From Savitreella phatthalungensis (taxonomy: Eukaryota): 64,000 nt of DNA. The notes below the pieces were generated by a model. That model was not told the origin of the DNA. It searched no databases and saw only the letters and a list, made by a program, of their open reading frames with translations. The position numbers and the translations under genes were made by a program. The stretch spans positions 62,001 to 126,000 of the forward strand of contig AP039695.1 of the NCBI GenBank assembly GCA_051599415.1, given 5' to 3'. Below, piece by piece: positions 10,929 through 22,128 of this stretch (position 1 is the first letter of the stretch; every line of letters starts with the position of its first letter).

Positions 10929-13238
10929 TCACTTCATATGACGATGTGCAGCCTCATTACCCGCATGAGCCATGCGGTTTTGGATACTGAGTACAAGTCC
11001 ATCCCAATTGCAAAGGCTGGTGACAGCCAGGGTTTGCACGACGGCGATAATGGTTGCCGCCAGGATCATGCCGATCCACAGTCCTGCAAGTCCCATACCA
11101 AGCGGGAAACAAAGTAGCAGACCGATCGGAATTGCCACGCCGTAGTATGCAGCTAGATTCAAGACGCCACCAAAGTGCTGACGGCCCTGGCCCCGGAGCA
11201 CGCCTGCCGTGACGCACTGGACGCAGTCCACGAGGTTGAACAGAGCATTCAGTGGGAGGATCTGTGCGGAAAGGGCAATGACGGCAGGATCTGAGGAGAA
11301 GAGTTTCGCCCAGTCGTGTCGCAGTAGTAGGATAGCGAGAGCGGCCGCTAGTCCCGTCAAGAAGGACAGCAGAACGGCAGCATCAGTGGCGGTGCGAGCA
11401 GGTCCAGCGAGGCCTGCGCCGAGGAGATTCCCGACTCGCGCGGAAACGCCGACTGACATGGCAAAGGGAACTTGATAGACGAGGGATCCTGTTGTGGACA
11501 GCACAGCTTGTGCGCCGAGCGGCACGACGCCGAGGATGGATGAAATGATTGCGAGCATCTCATATGCTAGCCACTCTGACGCGGTCATCAAACAACCTGG
11601 ACCGGCAAGACGAAGCATCGGACCCCAGTTGGACAGTGCCTGTCTGGTGAATCCGTGCCAGGCGTGTCGAGATTTGCCGTAGAGCACATAGACAATCATC
11701 TGAAGGAACATCGTCCAGTATGCGATAGACATGGCAACCGGAGCGCCAGCGAACCCGAAGCCGTATTCAGGATGCCAGACCAGGACGTAGTTGAGGATTG
11801 CGTTAAGCGGCGCGGAGACGAAGAGGGCATACGTGCTGACGCGGAAGTTTCCAAGTGCGGCTGTAAAGCGCTTGAGAGCCTCGAATCCGACGTACCCCGG
11901 GGCTCCGAGGAGGAGGATTCGCAGATATACGCCGGCGAGATGAGCCACTTCTGGAGATTGTTTGAGAGACACGAATATACGCTCCGCGTTGAGCCAGAGT
12001 GCGGCCACAGGAACAAGGCAAAGTAAGAGCAGCAGCATGCACCGCTGGAGATGGAGACCGACGAGGTGGGGCTGATTCGCGCCGAAGGACTGAGCACAGA
12101 GCGTGTCGAGTGAGGTGGCGATTCCTTGAGAGAAAGCAATCATAGAGATGGAAGCCGTCATGCTAGCAAGAGAGGCCGCAGCTAGCTCCGTCCGACCAAG
12201 ATGGCCGAGTGAGAAGATGGAGGCAAATTGCATGGAATACTGCAAAGCGAAGGTGGCCACAAGTGGCATACTATTGGACACAAGCTGCCGGCACTCGTAT
12301 TTGACGGTCGTCTCGATGAGTTGTTGGTGAACGGCGGTCTCCCAACGCTTCCGTCGTTCCTCTCGTGATGTCTCCGGTTGTGTTGCGACGAGGGACGCGA
12401 GGCCCTCGGCAGTGGCTTCGTTGTCTGCGTAATTCACACCAGGCGTATTCGTTCTCGATGGCAGGTGGTCCAAGAGCGATGTCGTCTCAGATGGCGCTAT
12501 CGTGATCGCAGCTTCTTCAAGAGCGTTGTATTCATCAGGCTCGCGCACCTCGAGCAAGGTGTCTAGCATAGCCGCGCGGTTAGGTAGAAGCTCATTGCGC
12601 TCCAGCAAGGCCTGTTCTTGGCCTTCTAGCTCGCGTCGTTCTTCTCGCGTCAGATAGCCGACTGGCAGTGGCTCGACGAAGGACGTCAGAAGAGATGGCC
12701 TGGCGCCAAGGACAAAGACCGGACGGGAATAGGACTCGGACAGATGCATCGCGCTCACCTGTGAGCTTGCAGACTCGAGTGACGTATTGTCTCGATGCTG
12801 TGAGAAGTTGTTGTGGTTCCGGCCATCATCATCATCGTCATCATCTTGATCATCGTCATTTCGATCTGATTGACCATTTATATCATAGTCTCCATCTAGG
12901 TCATCGATGTCGAGCACTTCATCCCGGCCACTAGATATCTGAGCGGTTGAAGGACGTGACTTAATTGGGTGTTGCTGATGGATACTCCTGAGGGCAGCGA
13001 GGTACGGAGATGCACGAGACGAAAAAGATGCAGTACTCTGTCTGCGTGGAGGTGGCAGGTGGGACGAATCTTGCCTCGAAGGCGGTCCACCGGATGGCAA
13101 GACACTTGCCCCTGACCCTGCTCTGTAGTTGTTGTTGCTGTTATTGTGACTGCTGTTGTGATGACGGCGAGGATGTTGATTCTGATGAAGGAGGTCTTGA
13201 GCAAGCAGTTCAGGTGATTTGGAGTCGTGTGCTGACAT
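10929..13238 (-). CDS. MATE-family multidrug/toxin efflux transporter (Erc1-like)
   Basis: Disordered N-terminus followed by MATE motifs LGHLGRTELAAASLA, SLDTLCAQSFGA, SEWLAYE, RVGNLLGAG and GVLRGQGRQ. Confidence 0.92.
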   Translation of the reverse strand: MSAHDSKSPELLAQDLLHQNQHPRRHHNSSHNNSNNNYRAGSGASVLPSGGPPSRQDSSHLPPPRRQSTASFSSRASPYLAALRSIHQQHPIKSRPSTAQISSGRDEVLDIDDLDGDYDINGQSDRNDDDQDDDDDDDGRNHNNFSQHRDNTSLESASSQVSAMHLSESYSRPVFVLGARPSLLTSFVEPLPVGYLTREERRELEGQEQALLERNELLPNRAAMLDTLLEVREPDEYNALEEAAITIAPSETTSLLDHLPSRTNTPGVNYADNEATAEGLASLVATQPETSREERRKRWETAVHQQLIETTVKYECRQLVSNSMPLVATFALQYSMQFASIFSLGHLGRTELAAASLASMTASISMIAFSQGIATSLDTLCAQSFGANQPHLVGLHLQRCMLLLLLCLVPVAALWLNAERIFVSLKQSPEVAHLAGVYLRILLLGAPGYVGFEALKRFTAALGNFRVSTYALFVSAPLNAILNYVLVWHPEYGFGFAGAPVAMSIAYWTMFLQMIVYVLYGKSRHAWHGFTRQALSNWGPMLRLAGPGCLMTASEWLAYEMLAIISSILGVVPLGAQAVLSTTGSLVYQVPFAMSVGVSARVGNLLGAGLAGPARTATDAAVLLSFLTGLAAALAILLLRHDWAKLFSSDPAVIALSAQILPLNALFNLVDCVQCVTAGVLRGQGRQHFGGVLNLAAYYGVAIPIGLLLCFPLGMGLAGLWIGMILAATIIAVVQTLAVTSLCNWDGLVLSIQNRMAHAGNEAAHRHMK

Positions 13239-13860
13239 GTCAACTTGAGCTGGGCTCTTACGACAACGCTTTCGCCTCTCCTGTCACCGGCTGGAACTAA
13301 GAATCGAAAGCTAGTTCGACTAACGCTGTCACGCCTTGCGCGCTCGTGCGAGGACGCTTGAGACTGTTGCGGTTGATAGCTTAGCTGTTATGGTTTCTCC
13401 ACCTGGTGTGACGTCTGTTGTCACGCGTGTTGTCTCGTGACCCGTGGGATTCACCACATAAAATTACCACTATTTTTTTTTCTGGTTGTCCTGAATATTG
13501 AATGCATGGCATGCAACTCACAAAATAAAATTGAAATTTACTGAATGACGTTGATTGCTCGCGTTGCTATTTCGGGATTCAACTTTCAGCCAGTTGAATT
13601 GCTGATCAGATGCGTATATGGGATAGTATCTGTCTCCTTCGTCTACTCAGGCGTTTACACAGTTCGTCCATGTAGGGAAGCACGCAGTACATGCGCAGGA
13701 GGATTGGGCATGCCGAGTCATCTGTAGCAACGGTTTGAGGCATCTCAGGCATGACGATCGTATGCACATGGCCACACGGCCTCGCGTATGTGGATTCAAA
13801 ATCTACCAAGCGCGGGGATCCTTAGCTTCCAACACTGCTCCCGCTCCGACAGTAATCTTC

Positions 13861-16683
13861 CTAAAGCTGGTGGCGGAAGACCTTAGCATAAGCTCCGATT
13901 GCCTTTCGAGCTTTTGATAGGATCTTCTTCACGTCCTGCTGCTGACCCGGCACAGGCAGATTCCGATCTGTCCGCGCTTCGACCCGATCAAGGGTCGCAT
14001 CATTGATCTGTGCTGCCTTATCAGTCAGGAATGGCCCAAGTGTCTGTGTCAGTAATTCCATCTCAGTCGTCACCTTCAGCATCGCTCCCAGATTGAAGTG
14101 CTTCACTTTGTCCAGGTGAACAGCCACGCTGGAAAAGACGTGCTCTACAGTCGCCGTCATCACTCTCGATTCGAGCTCCGGAACGGTCATGCCGACCTGC
14201 GACAGCACAACGGTGCATGCCAGGATAATCTCGTTCACGTACGCATCGACCTCGCGTGGGAAAGGTAGAGACGAGTACTCGACCTCTGCTACACCACGTT
14301 CGATGATCTCATCCAACTGAGCGCATCGTGGGCGCACGAATCGCTTGAAGACGCCGTGCTCGTGGTGTGTCAGCATCGACTTCAGGTCAGACAGCTCCCT
14401 GCTCGAGCTGGCGCCCAGTGATCCTTCTAGCTTCTTGGCCAGCCGGCTGATGTACTGCTGTTGAACCCTGTTTATGTTATTGATGAGGATCAAGGCCCGC
14501 GTGTCGGCATCACTCAGTGGCTCATTCAGCGAACCGGGTGCAGCCATACTGCTCTTCTCCTCGCTCTCGACGTCATCACCCTGTCCATGGTAGATGGACG
14601 TCACGAAACCATTCATCGTCGTGTACATGTTCTTCGCGAACTGTGTCCGAATGTTGTCAATCAGCTTTGGCGTCGGAGCGGGCAAGACCGAAGGAACAGG
14701 ACTGCCACTGCGAGTGCCAGGCACGGATCCTGCTTGAGATCCTGTTGCTCCGCCACGAACATCACAGAATACCACTCTTCGAAGGCCATCGATCATGGCA
14801 CTGTTGAGTAAATAGAGCGTCCTCGGCATGCTGGTGATCCGTTCATCAGACGTGTAGTCGCGCTCCCAGGTCTCCAGCATCGGCAAGAGCTGGCAATCAT
14901 CCTGCCACAGCTCGCAGATCGCGCGCACAAAACGATCGCGCACCTTAGACAGCATGTTCCGAGCACTCTCCTCCACACGACTGCTTATCGCCAGACCAAC
15001 AATCTCGTTCGCGCCTTTGATGAGTGTTTCCATCAACTTGGCCAAATGCGTGCTTGTCCCGAGTGCTGTTGTGGATGCTGGCACGAAAGCAAACTCGCCT
15101 CCGGAGCTCTTGTGTGTGGAAGGGTCTAGCTTCGGCAGCTCCGGTACAGCACTGACGCGCTTGCGATGCGTTTTGGACGGCGAGGGTGGAGCACCATTGA
15201 CTGCTTCAAGTCGATTATGTTCCTGCTGCTCGTCCAGCTCACGCTTGGCGATAGCTTGCGCGTAAATCGGCGGTAGTTCGGTGATGGGCTTCGTCATGAA
15301 AAAGTCAAGAATGGAGTCGCAAATGATCATAGCAATGTTCTCTGCCGTGTTGCGCGCTCGATTTCTTTCGTCCGGCGTGAAGCTGTGGAACTGCTTCGAG
15401 CTCCCGTTTGGACCAACGGGTAAAAGAGCGGCCCTGGTTGGTTCCGTCATGTCCCGATAAATCTGCCAAACTTGCTGCAATCGCGGGATTTGTGAGCTGA
15501 AGACCGACCTCACCAGCTCCTCCACGGCTTGCCACATCCGCAAGATGTCCGCCATCTCTGTAGCCTGTGGCTCGTCATCGCGCGCTTCCGAGAGAAAATA
15601 AGATTGTAGACTAGTAATTCGCATCTCTTTCGCGGCAGCATGCGTGTCGATCAGGATCTGTCTCCGCAGCATTTCCACATTGACGCGCTGCACTTCGATT
15701 TGCATGATCACGGCCTCGCGCAGGTGTGTGCTGCCGTGCTGAAAAGCACGATAGTAAGGATTGACATCGACTCCTATTTCGAGCAATGTCATGCATGTAC
15801 GGTTGACGGCGGCACTATCGGACCGGTCGTCCTCCAGGGCGCTGAGGAGCTCCAATTCCCTCTGTTTGACATACTTTTGTACGATCGACCAGACCTGATC
15901 AAGCATGCGCTGCTCGACGACTCCACCAACGTGTGTTGGCTGCCTTCGCGCTTCAGCAAACAGCCTCTGACCGATTTTGAACTGTTTCGCTAAAGCCTCG
16001 TCATCGCCGTCATCGAGATACTTGAGCATCTTTGACGGCATATCGAAATGCTGCTTGTATTGCTCAAGTGTGCTCAATGCGAATCTCAGATGATCCGCAT
16101 TCACCTTGCCTCGAACGATCGGCTCGAAGATTTGTGCACCTTTGGCGATCGCTTCGTTCAGGGTCTCCCGCATACCGTCCACGAGATTGACTGACGTGCC
16201 GTCGTTGGAGGCCATGGCGCTGCCAATTGCTGTGTTCTTCCTTACAACAAAGTCGCGCTTGATTTGAGCATGGACCTGGTCAATCGTGGACTTGGCGCCG
16301 ACGAATCGATCAAAGTTCTGTTCGACCAGGCTTCGTAAAGAGTCGCTCTTCTTGTCGACCTCTTTTTGCAAATTGTCCTTACCGCGACGCAACTCAGAGC
16401 CGGTCGCTTTGCGGTGGATGTCTCTTATGTAGCTGCGGGCAGAGAAGGTCTTTGACTCGATCGAATACTCTGCCAGCGTCTCTCGGCCTCGATTCACACC
16501 TGACTTCTCAAGAGCACGATAGATAGACACTCCCGTGCCCAGGGCGTCAAGCTCATTTGCGCTTAGATCAACTACGTCTGCCTGGTCCGGATCCTCCCAG
16601 ACATCAATCTCTTCAGACGACATGCCATAATGCCGCAACATCGCTGTCGTCTGCGTCGCCTGTGATGTAGCTCCGCGCAACAT
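13861..16683 (-). CDS. SEC5: exocyst complex component Sec5
   Basis: FSARSYIRDIHRKATGSELRRG...LRSLVEQNFDRFVGAKSTID is the conserved Sec5 N-terminal region, followed by a helical-rod C-terminus. The true start could be the second Met. Confidence 0.88.
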   Translation of the reverse strand: MLRGATSQATQTTAMLRHYGMSSEEIDVWEDPDQADVVDLSANELDALGTGVSIYRALEKSGVNRGRETLAEYSIESKTFSARSYIRDIHRKATGSELRRGKDNLQKEVDKKSDSLRSLVEQNFDRFVGAKSTIDQVHAQIKRDFVVRKNTAIGSAMASNDGTSVNLVDGMRETLNEAIAKGAQIFEPIVRGKVNADHLRFALSTLEQYKQHFDMPSKMLKYLDDGDDEALAKQFKIGQRLFAEARRQPTHVGGVVEQRMLDQVWSIVQKYVKQRELELLSALEDDRSDSAAVNRTCMTLLEIGVDVNPYYRAFQHGSTHLREAVIMQIEVQRVNVEMLRRQILIDTHAAAKEMRITSLQSYFLSEARDDEPQATEMADILRMWQAVEELVRSVFSSQIPRLQQVWQIYRDMTEPTRAALLPVGPNGSSKQFHSFTPDERNRARNTAENIAMIICDSILDFFMTKPITELPPIYAQAIAKRELDEQQEHNRLEAVNGAPPSPSKTHRKRVSAVPELPKLDPSTHKSSGGEFAFVPASTTALGTSTHLAKLMETLIKGANEIVGLAISSRVEESARNMLSKVRDRFVRAICELWQDDCQLLPMLETWERDYTSDERITSMPRTLYLLNSAMIDGLRRVVFCDVRGGATGSQAGSVPGTRSGSPVPSVLPAPTPKLIDNIRTQFAKNMYTTMNGFVTSIYHGQGDDVESEEKSSMAAPGSLNEPLSDADTRALILINNINRVQQQYISRLAKKLEGSLGASSSRELSDLKSMLTHHEHGVFKRFVRPRCAQLDEIIERGVAEVEYSSLPFPREVDAYVNEIILACTVVLSQVGMTVPELESRVMTATVEHVFSSVAVHLDKVKHFNLGAMLKVTTEMELLTQTLGPFLTDKAAQINDATLDRVEARTDRNLPVPGQQQDVKKILSKARKAIGAYAKVFRHQL

Positions 16684-17022
16684 GATTATCCACTGGACCC
16701 CAGCGGCGTATCTATGGCAGCGACATCGCCTGGCGAGTCAGCGCTGTCGCGACTGTCTACAAATACAAAAGACGCACAAGGGTCGGTGTATGTGAGCGAT
16801 ACACAAAATGTGGAGTCGGAAATTGATCACACCCCCGTGGACCTCAACACATGACATCCGTCACACATGACGGCCATATTCTGAGGAATCTTCGATCAGC
16901 AACATAGTGTATGTGCCGTGATTCATGGCAAAATCGGAGGACTGACAGTTTGACTAGAATATCAAAGACAGATATCGGTTTGCCGGGTACTTTTGACGTT
17001 GACTCCAACTGCTGTTGTCTGA

Positions 17023-18762
17023 CTACCTGGTTCGAATGACTCCAGCCTGGACGAGCTTCTGAATCTTCTGAGCTACCTGGGGCGACTTCTGCATGTGCTC
17101 GTTCAATGCTGCGGGGTTCTGTCGGGCCTGCTCAAGAATAGTCTGCATGACTGGATCTTGGAGGATAGCCATGACCTCTGGGTCGTTCTGAATTCTCTGT
17201 TGTGTTTGTGCCTCAGTCTCCGTTGAGCGCTCTTCGACCAGCTGCGATTGCACCTTGTATTGAAGCTGAGCGATCTCCTGAGTGTGCTTCTTGTCAGCAT
17301 CGTGCTCGGCTGCATGGTCGAGCTCTGTGGAGGCGCGTGAATATTCCTTCATCGCCAGCAGAGCCGTTGCCTTGCGAATGTACGCCTTGACGAAGGTAGG
17401 GTCGAATTTGGTGGCGGTGTCACAATCCTTGATAGCTTCGGGCATAGACATCAGCTTGATGTAAGCTGCAGCTCTGTTCGCGTATGCACGCGCATCTTCG
17501 GGTGCACGCTTGGTCATTTCAGTGTATTCTTTCACAGCCGCAGGGAAGTCTCCGCGCTTGAAAGCGTCGTTACCTGCTACACGCGCTTCTTCTGCCTTCT
17601 CTGGAGACTCATAGTCGCGCTTTTCCTTCTCCTCGAGCGTCTTCTCAGCTGCTTTCAGCTTCTTGAGCACCTCCGGCGTTCTATGCTCGGTCAAGGACTT
17701 GTTGTAATTGAGGACAGCTTTTGCGAGCTCGCCCTGCTTTTCATAACATGTTCCAATGCGTGCAAAGGCCTTAGCAATGATTTTGTAGTCTGCACGCATC
17801 TCCCGGCCTTGCTCAATAGCATCTTCACATGTTTTTATGGCATCAGCATAGTCACCAGCTTCGAATTGAGCAGCAGCCTTGTTTGTCATATACGTGATAT
17901 CCTTATGCAGCTCGTATGCCTTTTCATAGCAGGCGATAGCCTCAGGAAACTTGCGCTGTTTGTATAGAGCATTGCCTTCCGCCTTCGCGGCGTCAGCGTC
18001 GGTTTTTGCCTGCTGAGTTGCACGGGCATTGTCGTCAAGCTCTGGTTCGGGGGCGCTCTGTTGAGCTGCCGTCGGGGCAGGACGCTCTTTGGCCTGCTCT
18101 GACGGCTCTGCGTCACGCATCGGCGTGTCTCGAGCGTCATCTGCAGGAGGAGCCCCGACATCTTGGCCGAGCAAAAGGCCAAGGATCGAGACCATACGCG
18201 GATCACTGATTTGCTGCATGATGCTGGAGGGGTTTTTCTTGATACCATCGAGCTTCGCCATGAACTCTGCATCTCCAAGCAATTTTGAGGTCTGCGGATT
18301 CTCTGACATCTTCTGGTAGAAAGCGGGATCACTGAGCTTTTTAGCAAACTCTGCAAATGGGTCGCTTGCGCCACCAGGAGCGAAATTGCCGGAGCCCATT
18401 TCGCGCTTCATCTGCTGCTCAATCGAGTTCATGCCCTGTTGAGCCTGCACGTTTGATGGCTCCAGCTCTAGCGCCTTCTCGTAGGCGTCACATGCACGTG
18501 GCAGATCATTCAGTCCGTGCAAAGCAGCACCCTGTCGGGTGTAACCCTTAGCCCAATCCGGCTTGATAGAAATGCATTTTTCCGCGTCCGTAAGTGCCTG
18601 CGAGTAATCCTTGAGTGATGCATGGCATGCTGACCTATTTGAGTAGAGGACGTGGTTTTGAGGATCAACCTGGATTGCCTGTGAGAAGAAGTCGATGGCT
18701 GTAGGGAAGTCCTTTGCCGAAAAGGCGGCGTTTCCCTTTGCTTTGAGATCTGCTGCTGACAT
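17023..18762 (-). CDS. STI1: Hsp70/Hsp90 co-chaperone Sti1 (Hop)
   Basis: TPR1-DP1-TPR2A-TPR2B-DP2 layout. KAKGNAAFS, NHVLYSNRSA, WAKGYTR, DPEVMAILQDPVM, KIQKLVQAGVI. Confidence 0.96.
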   Translation of the reverse strand: MSAADLKAKGNAAFSAKDFPTAIDFFSQAIQVDPQNHVLYSNRSACHASLKDYSQALTDAEKCISIKPDWAKGYTRQGAALHGLNDLPRACDAYEKALELEPSNVQAQQGMNSIEQQMKREMGSGNFAPGGASDPFAEFAKKLSDPAFYQKMSENPQTSKLLGDAEFMAKLDGIKKNPSSIMQQISDPRMVSILGLLLGQDVGAPPADDARDTPMRDAEPSEQAKERPAPTAAQQSAPEPELDDNARATQQAKTDADAAKAEGNALYKQRKFPEAIACYEKAYELHKDITYMTNKAAAQFEAGDYADAIKTCEDAIEQGREMRADYKIIAKAFARIGTCYEKQGELAKAVLNYNKSLTEHRTPEVLKKLKAAEKTLEEKEKRDYESPEKAEEARVAGNDAFKRGDFPAAVKEYTEMTKRAPEDARAYANRAAAYIKLMSMPEAIKDCDTATKFDPTFVKAYIRKATALLAMKEYSRASTELDHAAEHDADKKHTQEIAQLQYKVQSQLVEERSTETEAQTQQRIQNDPEVMAILQDPVMQTILEQARQNPAALNEHMQKSPQVAQKIQKLVQAGVIRTR

Positions 18763-19166
18763 TGGTAGATTATGCTGCGGAGTGCTTCACGGCTCTTGCT
18801 TGCTTTCTTTCCTCCTTGCTTCCTTGCTTCCTTGCTTGCCTAGACGCCCTGTTGGCCAATCACTTTGACCGATGATTGTCAAGTGTGCTGTATCTTTGAC
18901 GTTAGTGACCGAGTAGAATGTCCCTGAACAATCAAGAGCAGATTCAGTGCTAGACTGGGTCTGATTGTTGTGTCTGTATAGAAGAGGAGGGTGCAATTGG
19001 CTGCTGACCCCAGGGAAGAGATGGGTGATGAGACTGTGCGGTGGGATGGGTGGAGAGAGTGGTGGTCAGAGATTTCCTCAGAATATGACCGTGCTAACTC
19101 ACTCGTTCACTCAGTAGTCGCTCACAGTAGAGCAAGATTGTAACTAGAGGAATAACGTAGTGTGTT

Positions 19167-19266
19167 TCTGGAATCGAACAATTCTACCTATCGATCGATC
19201 GTCCATGAATATTCGATGCATCTCTGGAATATTCCTGCTTCTCAGAACTGTCCATGCATTCGAGAA
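19167..19266. promoter_or_regulatory. cluster of heat-shock-element-like nGAAn inverted units upstream of STI1
   Basis: TTCtgGAA (19167), GAAtaTTC (~19226) and TTCgaGAA (19259), about 400-500 bp upstream of the STI1 ATG. STI1 is an established Hsf1 target in yeasts. Confidence 0.55.
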
Positions 19267-19985
19267 ATAAAACCCAAACGACCTAGTTGTAGGGCACTCC
19301 CAAATTCGTGCATGCGATGTGCTCAATATGGCCGGACCTAACCTTTCAAAACCCTTCTTCAGCAACTGTTAGTATTCGTCGAGGACGTACATATGGTACT
19401 GACATTGAGACAACTGTCGCGTAAGCGGCTGTATGGGTGGCACATCCACTGTCGATGTCGACCCTCACAGTGTGGTCAATGATCCCTGTTAGATTGACCT
19501 TGTCAGTCAAAAGAGACGTTCCAGAGAGATCAAGATCCTGCATCTGAATCGAAATTAATGCTTCTGTGAGCATCTGAAGATAATTAAAGTAAAGTACAGT
19601 AATTGACCATCAGGATAGATGCATGATGCAGTATGACGATGCACGACAAGGTCTTGTTCAGTCACGTGATCCTGAGCCAACTCGAATGAAGAAAAAAAGT
19701 TTCGGATACATACGCACAAAGTCGACGTCGACGTTGCCGTTCTTAACTGCTGCTCAGTCACTATACATACAGGTCAAAGAAGGAACCAACAACTTGTTGT
19801 GCTATCGAGTACGATAGCAATCCTCGCAAAAAGCTGCTTCAGATTACAGCCCCTGCTAGACCGTTTTAAGATTCTAGTTCGGCGTCCAGGTCTTCACGAA
19901 ACATCGCTCAAAGAGATCTCTTTGTCTGGTAAAGTGCTCATCACCGTCGCAAACGACAGACGCCCCTCTGCAGACACTCGCAAGG

Positions 19986-20711
19986 ATGTCATGGCTTTTT
20001 AATTCTGGTCGGAAATCGACTCAGGACTCCTCTCCGCAGACTTCCACAACAGAATTCGTAAGCGAGGCAGCATCACAAGCACAGCAAAATGCCATGCCAA
20101 CCGCAACACCGGCCTTGACCCCTTCATTCGACTTCAGCTCGTTCGATGCATCTCGGCTGCACCCACTTGCTGGAGCCAGTGACACGCTTGAATATCTATC
20201 GCTTGAGGACGAGGCACTCAACTCTCTTCCAGGCTCAGAGTCCGCTCTGCCGTCCCGTGGCTGGTCAGACGATCTATGTTACGGCACAGGCACAACCTAT
20301 CTGACGTGTCTCGGCCTCGGTGGCGCATACGGTCTGGTCGAGGGTCTCCGTAACTCTCGGCCGAATGATTCTTTCCGTCTTCGTCTCAATACAGTCCTCA
20401 ACAGCGTGACACGACGGGGACCATTCCTAGGCAACAACGGTGCGGTTGTCGCTGTTTTGTATAACATTGTCAATTCCGCCATCGGCAATGCACGTGGCAA
20501 GCATGATGCAGCGAACTCGGTGGCTTCAGGTTTCCTTGCCGGCGTGCTCTTCAAATCGACTCGAGGCCTTCGTCCTGCTCTGAATGCTGGTGGCATCGCA
20601 GGAGCAGCTGCACTCATTTGGTCCCTCTCGAAAACTGCATTCGTTGACGCGCGCGATGCGGCGGCTGAGGCGTCACAGCATGCTCATGCACAGCAGATGC
20701 CAGCTCATTAA
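19986..20711 (+). CDS. TIM23: mitochondrial inner membrane translocase subunit Tim23
   Basis: LPSRGWSDDLCYGTGTTYL, RLNTVLNSVTRRGPFLGN, RGKHD, LFKSTRG. Confidence 0.95.
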   Translation: MSWLFNSGRKSTQDSSPQTSTTEFVSEAASQAQQNAMPTATPALTPSFDFSSFDASRLHPLAGASDTLEYLSLEDEALNSLPGSESALPSRGWSDDLCYGTGTTYLTCLGLGGAYGLVEGLRNSRPNDSFRLRLNTVLNSVTRRGPFLGNNGAVVAVLYNIVNSAIGNARGKHDAANSVASGFLAGVLFKSTRGLRPALNAGGIAGAAALIWSLSKTAFVDARDAAAEASQHAHAQQMPAH

Positions 20712-20787
20712 ATCTATCTCACGACTGGCTGATGCCCGATCCATAACAGTCATGTATGAATGTCACTTCTCCCCAATTCTCCTCAAT

Positions 20788-21777
20788 TCATCTTGTTGTG
20801 TTCTCCTTGGCCACGCGTACAATGAAATCGACGGTGGCGCTTCGCGCTGCGCTTTTGCTCAGTACGTCTTGATGCAACGCTCCCTTCACGAGAACGTGCT
20901 CAATTGACGTCGGGTCGACAGCGGCTTCGGAAAGCAGTCCGGTGACTTGAGCCCCTGCATTTGCTGGCAGGATCTCATCCTTCTCAGCTTGTAGAACGAG
21001 TGTTTTGTATGGCCACCTAAATCCCATCTGTTCTAAGGCAGCAGACATGTCGAGGCGCGTGCGAAGCCATGGTCCGAGATGGTGATACGGTAGCCATTTC
21101 TGCGGGTACAAGCTCTTCAGCACGGTCATCGTGTCAATGAAAGGCGTTTCGAGAACGACTGCATTGATCTGCCGAGCTCTTGCAACCCGAGTAGCCGATA
21201 ACACCGCAAAGCCAGCACCAATTGAGTGGCCCCAAAGGATGATCTCTCCAGAGCCTTCGTGCTTCAGAGTATCAAACACTGAGAGAACATCAATCAGGAT
21301 CCCTGCTTCCGAAGGCGATCCTGTCGAATGCCAATAGCCACGATATGACGGCACGATACATCGAGCAGAGATGCCGCGCGAAGCTAGATCGGTCAGCACT
21401 CGCGAGAGCAACGGCAGTCTCGCAGGAGCACTCCCTGCATTGCCCTGAAGATACAAAAGCGTGATGCGGGTAGGGCTGCTCGATCGAGCTATCGTTCGTC
21501 CAGTGAGAACCGCAAGTCTCTCTCCATCCGGAGTCCTCAGATGGTCTTTCCGCCAACAGACACCTGGTGTAGGATAGTCTTCGACGTTGTCAGCTCTCCC
21601 GAGATAACCCATATATATGACCTTGTTCTGGAAGATGATCAGAGATAAGCATTTCCAAGTCCAAAGGGTAAGTCCAAGACCCGCGAAGATCGCCGGTACT
21701 TGGAAGGCTTGGTGTAGCTGGCGACAGGATTGTGCGGAATGTGGCCGGCGAATAGCCAGGACCCGGTGATGCATCAT
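20788..21777 (-). CDS. alpha/beta hydrolase, ABHD13/Bem46-like
   Basis: LYLQGNAGS, SYRGYWHSTGSPSEAG, nucleophile elbow GHSIG, AEKDEI and a C-terminal His (GALH). First ATG is at 21777; the ORF track starts at a GTG. Confidence 0.85.
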   Translation of the reverse strand: MMHHRVLAIRRPHSAQSCRQLHQAFQVPAIFAGLGLTLWTWKCLSLIIFQNKVIYMGYLGRADNVEDYPTPGVCWRKDHLRTPDGERLAVLTGRTIARSSSPTRITLLYLQGNAGSAPARLPLLSRVLTDLASRGISARCIVPSYRGYWHSTGSPSEAGILIDVLSVFDTLKHEGSGEIILWGHSIGAGFAVLSATRVARARQINAVVLETPFIDTMTVLKSLYPQKWLPYHHLGPWLRTRLDMSAALEQMGFRWPYKTLVLQAEKDEILPANAGAQVTGLLSEAAVDPTSIEHVLVKGALHQDVLSKSAARSATVDFIVRVAKENTTR

Positions 21778-22128
21778 CCCGATTTCATGCCCGGTCACAA
21801 GAGGGGATCAGTCGGCAACTGATTGTCCGTTCATTCACCAGTGATTTAACGTGCCGTCGAGTTGACAAGCAGCTTGCCATAATCTTCTGACGACCGGCGC
21901 TGACGAGAGGCGTCGACAGGCAGGTAGGCAATGTCCTAGAGAGGTCTATCATCTCGATAACAAATCAGGTCACCTGAGGTCACCTCACTTCACGCGTCCG
22001 GCTCCACGATCGAGGCGCTCGGCGTGCACTTACCAAGTAATAATTTAAAAAGTAGCGGCGAAGATTGACAGCTTCTACCCAGACGCCAAGTCAGAGCACC
22101 TTCTCGTCGATCATCCATCATTACAAGG

